64,000 nucleotides of DNA from Alphaproteobacteria bacterium (GTDB taxonomy: Bacteria > Pseudomonadota > Alphaproteobacteria > GCA-2746255), in the NCBI GenBank assembly GCA_965249135.1, contig OZ252220.1, positions 256,001 through 320,000 of the forward strand, given 5' to 3'. This document shows, piece after piece, positions 46,560 to 57,560 of the stretch. The notes beneath the pieces were generated by a model. The model saw only the letters and a list, made by a program, of their open reading frames with translations, ran no database searches and was not told the DNA's origin. Each line of letters begins with the position of its first letter. The first letter of the stretch is position 1. The position numbers were made by a program, and so were the translations under genes.

Positions 46560-47075
46560 ATGGCAGACGAAAAAGAGGAAAAGAAGACCCTGGAAGATTT
46601 GGCCGAACTCACGGGCGCTGAAGAGGCCGCGCCCGAGACGCCGGAGGCCGTCGTCGCCGCGCCCGTCTACGAACAGAAGTTGGACGCACAAGGAAGGGCC
46701 TATGCGACCGGCAAGCGAAAGGATGCCGTTGCCCGGGTCTGGCTAAAGCCCGGATCCGGCAAGATCGAAGTAAATGGAAGAGAGTTTGAGAAATACTTCG
46801 CCCGCCCGGTGTTGCGCATGATCGTTCATCAGCCCTTCGTCGCTTCGAATCGGGTCGATCAGTACGACATTGCCTGCACGGTGAAAGGCGGCGGGCTTTC
46901 CGGGCAGGCAGGCGCCGTCCGGCACGGTATCAGCCGGGCGATTACCTATTACGAGCCCGAGCTGAGGGGTGTCTTGAAAAAAGGCGGCTATCTAACCCGT
47001 GACAGCCGGACCGTCGAGCGCAAGAAATACGGCCGACGAAAGGCTCGCCGCAGCTTCCAGTTCTCGAAGCGCTAG
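46560..47075 (+). CDS. rpsI: 30S ribosomal protein S9
   Basis: [33 protein letters not shown]. Confidence 0.98.
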   Translation: MADEKEEKKTLEDLAELTGAEEAAPETPEAVVAAPVYEQKLDAQGRAYATGKRKDAVARVWLKPGSGKIEVNGREFEKYFARPVLRMIVHQPFVASNRVDQYDIACTVKGGGLSGQAGAVRHGISRAITYYEPELRGVLKKGGYLTRDSRTVERKKYGRRKARRSFQFSKR

Positions 47076-47097
47076 TATCTCGAGGAATCTTTTCTTG

Positions 47098-47126
47098 AAG
47101 GGGACGCCTCATGGGGCGTCCCTTTT
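47098..47126 (+). terminator. Intrinsic terminator after rpsI
   Basis: GGGACGCC-TCATGG-GGCGTCCC-TTTT. Confidence 0.75.
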
Positions 47127-47156
47127 GTTATAACCTATGGCAACCGGAGTGGGGCC

Positions 47157-48209
47157 ATGAGTGGAAATGCAAAGGGAATACGGATCGCCGTCCTTGGCGC
47201 CAGTGGCTATACGGGCGCCGAGTTGCTTCGCATTCTCGTCCGGCATCCGAAAGTAAAGCTTGCCGCATTGACGGCCGATCGCCGGGCCGGCGAATCGATC
47301 GCGACGGTGTTCCCGCATCTCGGTGGTCTGGAGCTGCCGCGCCTTCTTCGGATCGAAGACGTCGATTTTTCCGAAATCGACACCGTTTTCTGCTGCCTGC
47401 CCCATGGGAAGACCCAGGAAACGGTGGCGGCCTTACCGAATCATCTGAAGATCCTCGATCTTTCCGCCGATTTCCGGCTCGAAGACCCCGAGGCCTATGC
47501 GGAATGGTACGGACACCCCCACCGTGCCGAGGCGCTGCAAAAGGAAGCCGTCTATGGGCTTACGGAGCTTGCCCGGGAGACCATTGCGAAGGCGCGGCTC
47601 ATCGCGTGCCCTGGCTGCTATCCCACCTCGGCCTTGCTGCCGCTGGTGCCGCTTCTGGAGGCGGGACTCATTCACCCGGGCGATATCGTCATCGATTCGA
47701 AATCCGGCGTCAGCGGTGCCGGTCGTTCGCTGAAGGAGGAAAACCTGTTCGCCGAGGTGGCGGAGGGCATCCATGCCTATGGGGTCGGCCGGCACCGGCA
47801 TGTCCCGGAAATCGAGCAAGGCCTGGCGCGCGCGGCGGGCAAGCGCGTGACGGTGTCCTTCACGCCGCATCTTGTGCCGATGAACCGGGGCATCCTTTCA
47901 ACGATCTATGTGCGACTCGGCAAGAATGCAGATGCCGGCGATCTTCGGGCAGCACTCGATGCGCGTTACAAGAATGAGCGCTTCGTTCACGTGGTTCCGG
48001 ACGGGGTGGTGCCGGCTACCCATCATGTGCGGGGGTCCAATTTCTGTCTGATCGGTATTTTTCCGGACCGGTTGCCGGATCGGGCCATCCTGATCTCGAC
48101 GCTCGACAACTTGGTCAAGGGCGCTTCCGGTCAGGCCGTACAAAATTTGAATCTGGTTTCGGGAATCCCGGAAGACATGGGTCTCGATCAGGAGCCCCTT
48201 TTCCCATGA
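47157..48209 (+). CDS. argC: N-acetyl-gamma-glutamyl-phosphate reductase
   Basis: GASGYTGAEL, DLSADFR, PGCYPT, SGVSGAG, DNLVKGASGQAVQN. Confidence 0.97.
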   Translation: MSGNAKGIRIAVLGASGYTGAELLRILVRHPKVKLAALTADRRAGESIATVFPHLGGLELPRLLRIEDVDFSEIDTVFCCLPHGKTQETVAALPNHLKILDLSADFRLEDPEAYAEWYGHPHRAEALQKEAVYGLTELARETIAKARLIACPGCYPTSALLPLVPLLEAGLIHPGDIVIDSKSGVSGAGRSLKEENLFAEVAEGIHAYGVGRHRHVPEIEQGLARAAGKRVTVSFTPHLVPMNRGILSTIYVRLGKNADAGDLRAALDARYKNERFVHVVPDGVVPATHHVRGSNFCLIGIFPDRLPDRAILISTLDNLVKGASGQAVQNLNLVSGIPEDMGLDQEPLFP

Positions 48210-48235
48210 CCTTTTAACCTTGGAATGCCCAAGCC

Positions 48236-48763
48236 ATGACCGGACACGTGCTGCCCTATGGCAACCGCCTGCCGAAGATCGCCGACGATGTCTTCATCGC
48301 GCCCACGGCGACGGTCATTGGCGATGTCGAGATCGGCGCTCGTTGCGGCATCTGGTTCGGCGTCGTGATTCGCGGAGACGTGAACGAAATCCGTATCGGT
48401 GAGCAGACGAATATCCAGGACAACACGGTGATCCACGTGACGCGAAACGGGCTTGGAACCTATATCGGCTCCGGCGTTACCGTCGGGCATACGTCCTTGC
48501 TTCATGCCTGTACGCTGGAGGATGGAAGCTTCATCGGCATGGGGGCGAAGCTGATGGACGGCGTCGTCGTCGAGGGCGGCGCGATGGTGGCGGCGGGCGC
48601 GCTGGTTACCCAGGGCAAGCGTGTGAAGCGGGGTGAGCTTTGGGCAGGCAGTCCGGCGCGCTACGTCCGCAACTTAACCCAGGAAGAATCGGATTTTCTT
48701 CCCGATACGAATGCCCATTACGCGAATTTGGCCGCGGAGTACCTGGCGACACTCCGAAAATAA
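48236..48763 (+). CDS. Gamma carbonic anhydrase family protein (YrdA-like)
   Basis: RGDVN.I.IG..TNIQD...IH, VGH...LHAC, hexapeptide repeats. Confidence 0.92.
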   Translation: MTGHVLPYGNRLPKIADDVFIAPTATVIGDVEIGARCGIWFGVVIRGDVNEIRIGEQTNIQDNTVIHVTRNGLGTYIGSGVTVGHTSLLHACTLEDGSFIGMGAKLMDGVVVEGGAMVAAGALVTQGKRVKRGELWAGSPARYVRNLTQEESDFLPDTNAHYANLAAEYLATLRK

Positions 48764-50560
48764 TCAGGCCGAATTTATTTTTGCGTAGGAACCGGGAGCG
48801 TCTTCGATCGGCTTGAGCGCGCCTTTACCGGGGACGCGTGCTTCTACTTTCTTGCCACCCTGGCCGGTCATCCATTTCGCCCAATCCTTCCACCACGAGC
48901 CATCCGTCGCAACGGCCGTTGCGAGCCAGGCCTCGGCAGATTCCGGATTCTCTTCCGCCGTCCAGAAATTGTACTTGTTCTTCGCGGGCGGATTGACGAC
49001 GCCCGCCACATGGCCGGAGGCGGAAAGCACGAAGCGGATCGGTCCGCCGTAAAGTTGCGTTGCGGCGTAGGCGGACTTCCAGGGTGCAATGTGGTCTTCA
49101 CGGCAGGCAAGCATGTAAGTCGGAAGCTGGATCTTGCGAAGGTCGATCGGAACGCCGCCAAGCGTGATGCCTCCCGGTGTGGAAAGCCTGTTTTCCAGAT
49201 ACATGTGTCGCAGATAGAAGCTGTGCATCCTGGTCGGCATGCGCGTTGAATCGGCATTCCAGAAGAGCAGGTCGAAGGGGAAGGGGTCTTTGCCAAGCAG
49301 GTAGTTGTTGATGACAAAGGACCAGATAAGGTCGTTCTCACGAAGCAGGTTGAAGGTTGTGGCCATTTCATGGGCTTCCAGATAGCCCCGCTTCTCCATT
49401 TTCTCTTCAAGATCGGCGAGCTGCTCTTCGTCGATGAAGACGGCAAGCTCCCCCGGGTCCGCGAAATCGACCATCGTCGTAAGAAACGATGCGCTATGAA
49501 CGCGACGGTCGTTTTTTGCCCCCAGGTAAGCAAGGGTGGAGGCCAGCAAGGTTCCGCCGATGCAATAGCCGGTTACGTTGAATCCTTTTTCGCTGGTTGC
49601 TTTCTCGATTGCATCGAGGGCCGCCAGCGGGCCTTCGTACATATAGTCTTCGAAGGTTTTGTCGGCGTGTGTCTCGTCCGGGTTCACCCACGAGATCATG
49701 AAAACGGTGTGGCCCTTGTCGAGGGCCCATCGGACGAAGGAACTCTTCTCGCGCAGATCCAAGATGTAATACTTGTTGATCCAGGGCGGGATGATCAAAA
49801 GTGGCCGCTTATAGACCTTCTCCGTCGTCGGCGCATATTGGATGAGTTGCATGAGGTCGTTCTGGTAGACGACCTTGCCGGGCGTTGAGGCGATGTTCTC
49901 GCCAATCTTGAAGGCTTCCGGATCCGTCTGGAGGATTTGCAGGCGGCCTTTTCCGCTCTCTAGATCGTCCAACAGATTCTGCAGGCCGCGCACGAGATTT
50001 TCGCCGCCGCTTTCAATCGTCGCCTGCAAAACTTCTGGGTTCGTTAACACGAAGTTGTTTGGTGCGATCGCGCTGACGAATTGGCGCGTATAGAAGTCGA
50101 TCTTGCGCACGCTGTCCTCGTCCAGATCCCCTGTCCTGGAGACCAGGGATTGCGTCCAGCGCGCCGTCAGCAGGTAGGACTGCTTGATAAAGGCGAATAG
50201 CTGGTTGTCATCCCATTCGGGATGTTCGAAGCGGCGGTCCGTCGCTTCCGGCTGAACGACCGGTTTCGTCTCAACCCCCATTGCGCGGCTGGTGGCGTGC
50301 TGCCAAAGTTCGAGATAGTCCTGCCAAAGTTCCATCTGGGCTTCGAACAATTTCGTCGGATTCGCCATCATCTGTGTCGTCATTTCCAGAAAGGCGGCGC
50401 CGATGTTCGATGGCACGGCCAGCCCGCTGTCGCCGTCCCCGCCCTGTTTGGAGAGGAAATCCTGAACGATCCGCTGGCTCTTTTCGGCGATCTGGGTAAA
50501 ATTCTTCGAAAACTGGCCGAAATCAGGGGTTTCGTTGGCGGAGTTCGGTTGATCGTCCAT
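48764..50560 (-). CDS. phaC: Class I poly(3-hydroxyalkanoate) synthase
   Basis: PPWINKYYILDL, GYCIGG lipase box, EDHIAPW, SGHVAGVVNPP, GSWW. Confidence 0.96.
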   Translation of the reverse strand: MDDQPNSANETPDFGQFSKNFTQIAEKSQRIVQDFLSKQGGDGDSGLAVPSNIGAAFLEMTTQMMANPTKLFEAQMELWQDYLELWQHATSRAMGVETKPVVQPEATDRRFEHPEWDDNQLFAFIKQSYLLTARWTQSLVSRTGDLDEDSVRKIDFYTRQFVSAIAPNNFVLTNPEVLQATIESGGENLVRGLQNLLDDLESGKGRLQILQTDPEAFKIGENIASTPGKVVYQNDLMQLIQYAPTTEKVYKRPLLIIPPWINKYYILDLREKSSFVRWALDKGHTVFMISWVNPDETHADKTFEDYMYEGPLAALDAIEKATSEKGFNVTGYCIGGTLLASTLAYLGAKNDRRVHSASFLTTMVDFADPGELAVFIDEEQLADLEEKMEKRGYLEAHEMATTFNLLRENDLIWSFVINNYLLGKDPFPFDLLFWNADSTRMPTRMHSFYLRHMYLENRLSTPGGITLGGVPIDLRKIQLPTYMLACREDHIAPWKSAYAATQLYGGPIRFVLSASGHVAGVVNPPAKNKYNFWTAEENPESAEAWLATAVATDGSWWKDWAKWMTGQGGKKVEARVPGKGALKPIEDAPGSYAKINSA

Positions 50561-50674
50561 TATGGATTCCCCTATGATTTGCCCCGCGCTGGGCCAACCG
50601 GCTAGCTTTCCCCTATAACGGGGGAAGCCGAAGCATGAGTCTAGAGCCACCTCGCCGAGAGGACGCTCCTTGCC

Positions 50675-52057
50675 ATGGAGAAACGATTAACTAGTTGCAA
50701 GCATCGCTCCGTGCAAGCGGCGTGTTCCGGGACGCTTCGCTTTGTGCTGGCAGCCTCCCTTTTCACGCTGGTCGGCTGCAGCCAGGTGCCAGACGAGCTC
50801 AACCCCGTCGAGTGGTACAAAGGCGTTGATGCTTGGCTGGGTGGGGACGACGCCACATACGCCGAAGCGCCTCCAAGTGTGCTGGAGCCGACGCTTGAGC
50901 GCGAACGGGTCGGCGTTGCCGATGAACCTTTCCCGAACTTGAGCGAGGTGCCGGAAAGGCCGCCGGCCTACGATCCAGAGAGTGCAGCGGAAATTTCGGA
51001 AAGCTTGATCGCGGATCGCGCCCATGCCCAATATTCGGATGAATTGATCCGTTTCCAGTCCGAAGCGGATACGACTCTCAAGATGCAGGCAAGACAGCGG
51101 GAGAGAAGGCTGGCCGAAGCTCCCCCGCCGCAAGCCTCACCGAGCGCACCGGTGACTTTGGCCGGCAAGCTTTCGAGTCCGACCGCCATCCCCGAAGGCG
51201 TCCCGAAACCGATCGGCTCGCCAGAAGGAATAATGCGCGCCATGGCACCGCCGCCGCCGGTGCTGACACCCGAACCGCGTCCAGTGCCGGCGCCCGTTCC
51301 GTTGAGGCAGCGGCGGCCGGTGGTCACGTCGCCACCGCCACCGCCCATGATCTCGCGCCCGTTTTCGCAGCCCCAGATGGTCGCTGCCTTGCTAGGCATT
51401 CCTGCTTCGGAGATTGTGCCATCGTTGCCGTATTTTCCGACGGCAGCGCCCGAGCTGAACCAGACGATGCAGCAATACTTCGCGCAATCCGGCGCGAGAG
51501 CCTTGCCGGCAAACTTCCAGCAGGCGTCTACGACGATGCCGGCCACCGAGGGTCTGCCGCCTTTGCAGGCGGTCCCTGAAAACGGATTCAGGCCCGTGGT
51601 TGGCAAGCCGGTGCCAGCACCGAAAGCGCTGATAACGAGGAGTGGTAAGGATGTGAATGCACCTCGCGCCCTTGCAGAATACGATCCAACCGGTGTCGGC
51701 TTGTCCATTCGGGTGGCAACCGTTCGCTTCGGAACCGGATCCAGTTCGCTCGACAAGCAAGACCGGGCGTCGTTGAAGGATGTCGTCGGGATATTCCGTC
51801 AGAACGGCAAGTCGCTTCGGGTCATCGGCCATGCGAGCAGCCGAACGCGGGATTTGGATCCCATGGCTCACCAGCTCGCAAATTTTAACGTTTCCGTTGA
51901 TCGTGCGAACAGGGTTGCGAAGGAGTTGATGCGACTCGGTATCAGGTCAAACCAGATTTTTGTTGGCGCGAAATCGGACAGCGAGCCGATTTACTATGAG
52001 GTGATGCCGTCGGGCGAGGTCGGCAACCGACGGGCAGAAATTTATATCGATTACTAA
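50675..52057 (+). CDS. OmpA-domain lipoprotein with Pro-rich linker
   Basis: Lipobox LVGC; C-terminal F..GSS.L, IGHAS, RA..VA..L, NRRAEI. Confidence 0.85.
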   Translation: MEKRLTSCKHRSVQAACSGTLRFVLAASLFTLVGCSQVPDELNPVEWYKGVDAWLGGDDATYAEAPPSVLEPTLERERVGVADEPFPNLSEVPERPPAYDPESAAEISESLIADRAHAQYSDELIRFQSEADTTLKMQARQRERRLAEAPPPQASPSAPVTLAGKLSSPTAIPEGVPKPIGSPEGIMRAMAPPPPVLTPEPRPVPAPVPLRQRRPVVTSPPPPPMISRPFSQPQMVAALLGIPASEIVPSLPYFPTAAPELNQTMQQYFAQSGARALPANFQQASTTMPATEGLPPLQAVPENGFRPVVGKPVPAPKALITRSGKDVNAPRALAEYDPTGVGLSIRVATVRFGTGSSSLDKQDRASLKDVVGIFRQNGKSLRVIGHASSRTRDLDPMAHQLANFNVSVDRANRVAKELMRLGIRSNQIFVGAKSDSEPIYYEVMPSGEVGNRRAEIYIDY

Positions 52058-52144
52058 CCCTGGATCGCACACCGCTCATTCCGCCGCTCGAAGGGTTGGG
52101 TGCCCGAACGAGCCGGAATCGGAGAAGGTGCGTATTGAATGGTG

Positions 52145-53347
52145 ATGGAGCAGGAATTCCAACGGATTCAGCGGCTTCCGCCCTACGTCTTCGCTGGGGT
52201 GAATGCGATGAAGGCACGCGCGCGCGCCGACGGCGAGGACATCATCGATTTCGGCATGGGGAATCCCGATCGGCCGACACCGCGTCACATCGTGGAGAAG
52301 CTGGTCGAAGTCATTCAAGATCCGAAGACCCACCGTTATTCGAACTCGCGCGGCATTCCCGGACTGCGCAAGGCGCTGGCGAGTTACTACGACCGGCGAT
52401 TCAACGTTTCGGTCGACCCGGAGACGGAAACGATCGTGACGATCGGGTCGAAGGAGGGGCTTGCGAACCTTGCCCAGGCGATTACCTCGCCGGGCGACGT
52501 CGTACTTGTGCCGAATCCAAGTTACCCGATCCATCCCTACGGCTTCATCATCGCCGGCGCCGCGATCCGGCATATTCCCTTAGGTCCCGATATCAACGAA
52601 TTCCTGAAGGGTCTCGAGCGGTCGTTTCGGAACAGCGTGCCGCCGCCGAAAGCGCTCGTGCTCAACTTTCCATCAAACCCGACGACTCAGGTCGTCGATC
52701 TCGATTTCTATGGCGAGGTCGTCGATTTTTGCCGACATCGTCAGATTTATATTCTGTCGGACCTGGCTTATGCAGAGATCTATTTCGAATCCGGGCCGCC
52801 GCCATCGATCCTGCAAGTGCCCGGCGCGAAAGATATTGCGGTCGAATTCACTTCGATGAGCAAAACTTACAACATGCCGGGTTGGCGAATCGGCTTTGCT
52901 ACCGGCAACCGGCGATTGATTGGTGCCTTGGCGCGCATCAAGTCCTATGTCGATTACGGCGCCTTTACGCCGATCCAGGTGGCGGCCGTCACGGCACTCA
53001 ATGGTCCGCAAGACTGTGTCGAGGAGATTCGCGAAACCTATCGGAAGCGTCGCGACGTTCTCGTGCAGGGCATGCAAAACGCAGGCTGGGAGGTACCGCC
53101 GCCGCCGGCGACGATGTTCGTGTGGGCGCCGCTGCCCGCTCCCTTCGTGCATCTGGGCTCGCTCACCTTCTCGAAGCTGCTGTTGCAGGAGGCGAAGGTC
53201 GCCGTCTCGCCGGGCCTTGGTTTCGGTGAGTATGGCGAGGGCTATGTTCGCCTGGCCCTGGTCGAGAACGAACATCGAACCCGGCAGGCAGTGAGGAATA
53301 TGAAAACGCTCCTCTCGTCGGCCGATAAATTGCTTGAGAAGTTGTAA
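52145..53347 (+). CDS. PLP-dependent class I/II aminotransferase (AlaC / LL-DAP aminotransferase-like)
   Basis: DFGMGNPD, GSKEG, NFPSNPT, SMSKTYNMPGWRIG. Confidence 0.9.
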   Translation: MEQEFQRIQRLPPYVFAGVNAMKARARADGEDIIDFGMGNPDRPTPRHIVEKLVEVIQDPKTHRYSNSRGIPGLRKALASYYDRRFNVSVDPETETIVTIGSKEGLANLAQAITSPGDVVLVPNPSYPIHPYGFIIAGAAIRHIPLGPDINEFLKGLERSFRNSVPPPKALVLNFPSNPTTQVVDLDFYGEVVDFCRHRQIYILSDLAYAEIYFESGPPPSILQVPGAKDIAVEFTSMSKTYNMPGWRIGFATGNRRLIGALARIKSYVDYGAFTPIQVAAVTALNGPQDCVEEIRETYRKRRDVLVQGMQNAGWEVPPPPATMFVWAPLPAPFVHLGSLTFSKLLLQEAKVAVSPGLGFGEYGEGYVRLALVENEHRTRQAVRNMKTLLSSADKLLEKL

Positions 53348-53364
53348 GGAAGGGCGGCCGCATC

Positions 53365-54669
53365 TTGAACGCACAGTTGAAAGTTGCGATTGCCGGGCTG
53401 GGAACGGTTGGCGCCGGCACGTTTCGTGTTCTGCAGCAGCACGGTGAGTTGCTCACCGAGCGCTGCGGACACGCGCTCGTCGTTTCCGCCGTCTCGGCCC
53501 GCGACCGTGGCCGCGATCGGGGCATCGACCTGAAGAACGTGCCGTGGTTCGACGACCCGGCCCAGATGGCGGCCGAAGCGGAAGCTGATGTCATCGTCGA
53601 GTTGATCGGCGGCGCCGACGGCATAGCGAAGCAGGTCTGCGAAACGGCGATCAGCCATGGCCGCCATGTCGTCACCGCGAACAAGGCGATGCTGGCCCAT
53701 CACGGAATTTCGCTGGCCCGCCTGGCGGAAGGAAAGGGGGTCGTGCTGGCCTATGAGGCCGCCGTGGCGGGCGGTATCCCGATCATCAAGGCAATACGCG
53801 AGGGGCTTGCCGGGAACCATCTCGAACGCGTCTATGGCATTCTGAACGGCACCTGCAATTTCATCCTGACGGAGATGCGCCGCTCCGGCCAGGAGTTCGA
53901 GGTGGTCCTGAAGGAAGCCCAGGAACTCGGTTACGCGGAAGCCGATCCCTCCTTCGACATCGATGGCATCGACACCGCTCATAAGCTTGCCATCCTGGCT
54001 GCCGTCGCCTTTGGCTGCGAAATGGATTTCGATGGCATCTACACGGAAGGCATCCGTCACGTAAGCGCCCTGGACATTGGCTATGCCGAGGAACTCGGCT
54101 ACCGGATCAAGCTGTTGGGCACGGTGCGGCCGACGGCCGACGGGCTCGAGCAGCGCGTGCACCCCTGCATGGTGCCGCTTTCCGCTCCTATCGCCTACGT
54201 CGAGGGCGTCGATAACGCGATCGTCGCCGATGGGGATTGCGTCGAGAGCGCGATGTTCGAGGGGCGTGGGGCCGGGGCCGGGCCGACGGCATCGGCCATC
54301 GTCGCCGATTTGGTCGACATCGCCCGCGGAACGCGACTTCCGACTTTTTCCGTTCCGGCCGACCATCTTGCGAAGATCCCCTCCGCGCCAATGGATCGCC
54401 ACCGGGGCGCCTACTACATGCGCCTCATGCTCGTCGATCGCCCAGGCGTCATCGCAGACGTGGCGGCCGTCCTCAGGGACGAGAAGGTATCGATGGAATC
54501 GATGCTGCAGCGCCAGCGTGCGCCGGGCGCCGCCGTTCCGGTCGTGATCACGACCCATGCGACGAACGAATCGGCGATGCGTCGCGCACTTCAGAAAATC
54601 GACTGCTTGGATACGGTCGTGGAATCGCCCAGAATGATCCGGATTGAAACCCTCAACGGCACAGCCTAG
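53365..54669 (+). CDS. hom: Homoserine dehydrogenase
   Basis: GLGTVG, VTANKA, EAAVAGGIP, GILNGTCN, GYAEADP, ACT domain. Confidence 0.96.
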   Translation: MNAQLKVAIAGLGTVGAGTFRVLQQHGELLTERCGHALVVSAVSARDRGRDRGIDLKNVPWFDDPAQMAAEAEADVIVELIGGADGIAKQVCETAISHGRHVVTANKAMLAHHGISLARLAEGKGVVLAYEAAVAGGIPIIKAIREGLAGNHLERVYGILNGTCNFILTEMRRSGQEFEVVLKEAQELGYAEADPSFDIDGIDTAHKLAILAAVAFGCEMDFDGIYTEGIRHVSALDIGYAEELGYRIKLLGTVRPTADGLEQRVHPCMVPLSAPIAYVEGVDNAIVADGDCVESAMFEGRGAGAGPTASAIVADLVDIARGTRLPTFSVPADHLAKIPSAPMDRHRGAYYMRLMLVDRPGVIADVAAVLRDEKVSMESMLQRQRAPGAAVPVVITTHATNESAMRRALQKIDCLDTVVESPRMIRIETLNGTA

Positions 54670-54690
54670 CCGTACGAACTGAGAGGGGTA

Positions 54691-55680
54691 ATGGCGAATC
54701 AAGGAACGATGGAGCGCAACTTGGCGCTCGAGGTGGTGCGCGTCACGGAAGCGGCGGCGCTTTCCGCTTCGCTTCTGATGGGCCGGGGGGATGAACAGGC
54801 GGCGGATCAGGCGGCGGTCGATGCGATGCGCGCGGCCTTAAACAGCGTGCGCATCGATGGCACCGTCGTCATCGGGGAGGGCGAGCGCGACGAGGCCCCG
54901 ATGCTTTATATCGGCGAGAAGGTGGGCCGGGGCAAGGGGCCGAAGGTCGACGTCGCCCTCGATCCCCTGGAAGGCACGACGATCACCGCAAAAGGCGGCC
55001 AGAACGCGCTTGCCGTGATTGCCATGGCCGAGGACGGTGGGTTCCTGAACTCTCCGGACGTCTACATGGACAAGATCGCCGTCGGCGGGGGTCTTCCCGA
55101 CGGCGTCGTCGATCTCGATGCAAGCCCGAAGGAAAATCTCCGGGCGCTGGCAAAGGCGAAGGGATCCGAGGCCTCGAACCTCGTGGTCTGCGTGCTCGAC
55201 CGGCCCCGCCATCACGGACTGATCGCCGGCATTCGCGAGGCGGGCGCGCGCATCATGCTGATCTCCGACGGCGATGTGAGCGGCGTGATCGCCACCACGA
55301 CGCCGGATAGTGGCGTGGACCTCTATATGGGGATCGGCGGTGCGCCGGAAGGCGTGCTCGCGGCAGCCGCACTCTGCTGCATCGGCGGGCAGATGCAGAG
55401 CAGGCTCCAGTTTCGAAACGACGACGAACGCGCCCGGGCGAAACGTTGCGGCATTGCGAATTTTGACCGCAAATACACCTTGGACGAAATGGCCCATGGT
55501 GACGTCGTGTTTGCGGCGACCGGGGTGACGACCGGTTCAATGCTGAAAGGCGTTCGCCGTTTTGCCGGTGGCGCCTATACCTATTCGACGGTGATGCGTT
55601 CGAAGTCGGGTACGGTGCGCATGATCGAGGCGCAGCACAATTTCGCATGCAAGTCCGGTTTCGAGCCGATGGATCGCTAA
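54691..55680 (+). CDS. glpX: Class II fructose-1,6-bisphosphatase
   Basis: VIGEGERDEAPMLYIGE, DPLEGT, DGDV, GGAPEGV. Confidence 0.96.
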   Translation: MANQGTMERNLALEVVRVTEAAALSASLLMGRGDEQAADQAAVDAMRAALNSVRIDGTVVIGEGERDEAPMLYIGEKVGRGKGPKVDVALDPLEGTTITAKGGQNALAVIAMAEDGGFLNSPDVYMDKIAVGGGLPDGVVDLDASPKENLRALAKAKGSEASNLVVCVLDRPRHHGLIAGIREAGARIMLISDGDVSGVIATTTPDSGVDLYMGIGGAPEGVLAAAALCCIGGQMQSRLQFRNDDERARAKRCGIANFDRKYTLDEMAHGDVVFAATGVTTGSMLKGVRRFAGGAYTYSTVMRSKSGTVRMIEAQHNFACKSGFEPMDR

Positions 55681-55689
55681 GTTGGCGCG

Positions 55690-57483
55690 ATGGTGAAGCC
55701 CCCCTCGGGCGACAGTTTCCTGGACGTGGAACGCTCCCTCTTGGGAAAGCAGTGGTGTGTGCGGCTTGCGGATGCGCGGATCGGCATGGCGCTGGCGCAA
55801 CGCCTGAATTTGCCGGAAATCGTCGGCCGGGTGCTTGCCGCACGGGGCGTCCATCCCGAAGAAGTGGACAGCTTTTTCGAGCCGACGCTGAAGAATTTGC
55901 TCCCGAACCCTTCCCATCTGAAGGACATGGACGTGGCCACCACACGGCTTGTCCGCGCCATCCGCGAGCGCGAGCAGGTGGCCGTCTTCGCCGATTACGA
56001 CGTCGATGGGGCCACCTCCGCGGCGCTCCTTGAGCGTTTCTTCCGGGCCGCCGGCGCTCCCCTTCGCGTCTACGTTCCGGACCGGCTCAAGGAAGGCTAC
56101 GGGCCGACGGCCGAGGCGCTGCTTCGCCTGCATGGGGAAGGCGTTTCTACCGTTATCACCGTCGACTGTGGCACGACGGCCTTTTCGGCGTTGGAGGCGG
56201 CGGCAGGTGCCGGCCTCGATGTCGTCGTCGTCGATCACCACATCAGCGAGCCGCGGCTCCCCATGGCCCATGCGATCATCAATCCGAACCGCCTGGACGA
56301 GGAAAGCCCCCATCGCGCGCTTGCCGCCGTCGGCGTCACCTATCTCCTGATCGTGGCGATCAACCGCCGGCTTCGTGAGACGGGTTGGTACGAAGGCCGC
56401 GCCGAGCCGGACCTGCTTGCATGGCTCGATCTGGTCGCCCTCGGCACGGTCTGCGACGTGGCGCCGCTCATCGGGCTCAATCGCGCCTTCGTCACCCAAG
56501 GCTTGAAGGTCGCAGCCAAACGCGGCAATCCCGGCATCGCAGCACTCGCCGACGTGGCAGGGCTCGAGACACGGCCTACCGCCTATCACTTGGGCTTCCT
56601 CCTTGGCCCCCGGGTGAACGCGGGCGGCCGGGTCGGCGAATCGGCCCTCGGCGCCAGGCTGCTTGCGACGGAGGACGCCCTGGAAGCAAACGAACTTGCC
56701 GCCCATCTCGATGCCTTGAACGGCGAGCGCAAACGGATCGAAGCAGCCGTCCTTGACGAGGCGATTGCCGAGATCGATGGCGCGGGCGAGACCGGCGCGA
56801 TTGTCTTCGCTTGTGGAGAAGGCTGGCACCCAGGCGTTGCCGGCATCGTCGCGAGCCGGCTCAAGGAACGCTACAACCGGCCGGCCTTCGTCGCCGCCCT
56901 CAACGATGGGATGGCGATCGGCTCCGGCCGCTCGGTGCCCGGTGTCGATTTGGGAAGCGCGGTGCTGGCGGCCCGCCAGGCAGGGCTCGTCCGCACCGGT
57001 GGCGGCCATGCGATGGCGGCCGGCTTCACCGTGGAAGCGGACGGGCTCGACGCGCTTTGTGCCTTCCTCGATGGGCGCATCGGAGCGGCGCTCGAAAGTG
57101 CGGGCTTCGTGCCCTCGCTTGGTTTCGACGGCGCGCTCACCCCAGCCGCGGCGACGCCGGAATTCGTCCACCTTCTTGAACGCCTCGGCCCGTTTGGTCC
57201 CGGCAATGCGGAACCCCGCTTTGCCTTCGCAAACGCGCGCGTCGCTTTTTCTGAAATCGTCGGCGACGATCACGTCCGCTGCGTGATCACGGATGCGGAA
57301 GGCGGCGGACGCATGAAGGGGATCGCCTTTCGAAGCGCCGACACGGAACTGGGCCGCGCCCTGCTCGATCGGGGAGGCGTGTCGCTCCATCTGGCCGGTC
57401 ATCTAAGGGCCGATCGCTGGCAGGGAAGGGACGACGTTCAGCTCTTCATCGAGGACGCCGCGATCGCCCGCCCCGCCACCTGA
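55690..57483 (+). CDS. recJ: Single-stranded-DNA exonuclease RecJ
   Basis: DYDVDG, TVDCG, DHH, GTVCDV, PRVNAGGR, GGHAMAAG. Confidence 0.96.
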   Translation: MVKPPSGDSFLDVERSLLGKQWCVRLADARIGMALAQRLNLPEIVGRVLAARGVHPEEVDSFFEPTLKNLLPNPSHLKDMDVATTRLVRAIREREQVAVFADYDVDGATSAALLERFFRAAGAPLRVYVPDRLKEGYGPTAEALLRLHGEGVSTVITVDCGTTAFSALEAAAGAGLDVVVVDHHISEPRLPMAHAIINPNRLDEESPHRALAAVGVTYLLIVAINRRLRETGWYEGRAEPDLLAWLDLVALGTVCDVAPLIGLNRAFVTQGLKVAAKRGNPGIAALADVAGLETRPTAYHLGFLLGPRVNAGGRVGESALGARLLATEDALEANELAAHLDALNGERKRIEAAVLDEAIAEIDGAGETGAIVFACGEGWHPGVAGIVASRLKERYNRPAFVAALNDGMAIGSGRSVPGVDLGSAVLAARQAGLVRTGGGHAMAAGFTVEADGLDALCAFLDGRIGAALESAGFVPSLGFDGALTPAAATPEFVHLLERLGPFGPGNAEPRFAFANARVAFSEIVGDDHVRCVITDAEGGGRMKGIAFRSADTELGRALLDRGGVSLHLAGHLRADRWQGRDDVQLFIEDAAIARPAT

Positions 57484-57560
57484 AGGCGCGTGGTAAGGCT
57501 TGGATAGGCTTGATTTTCAAGGCTTCCAGGTTTAGATACAGGCGCGCGCTCGTTTGGCTC

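Noticed and set aside
55537-57402. Long antisense ORFs (621 aa opposite recJ, 469 aa opposite glyA, 486 aa opposite hom, 437 aa opposite thiC)
   Set aside because: Shadow ORFs expected from high-GC codon bias; no recognisable motifs
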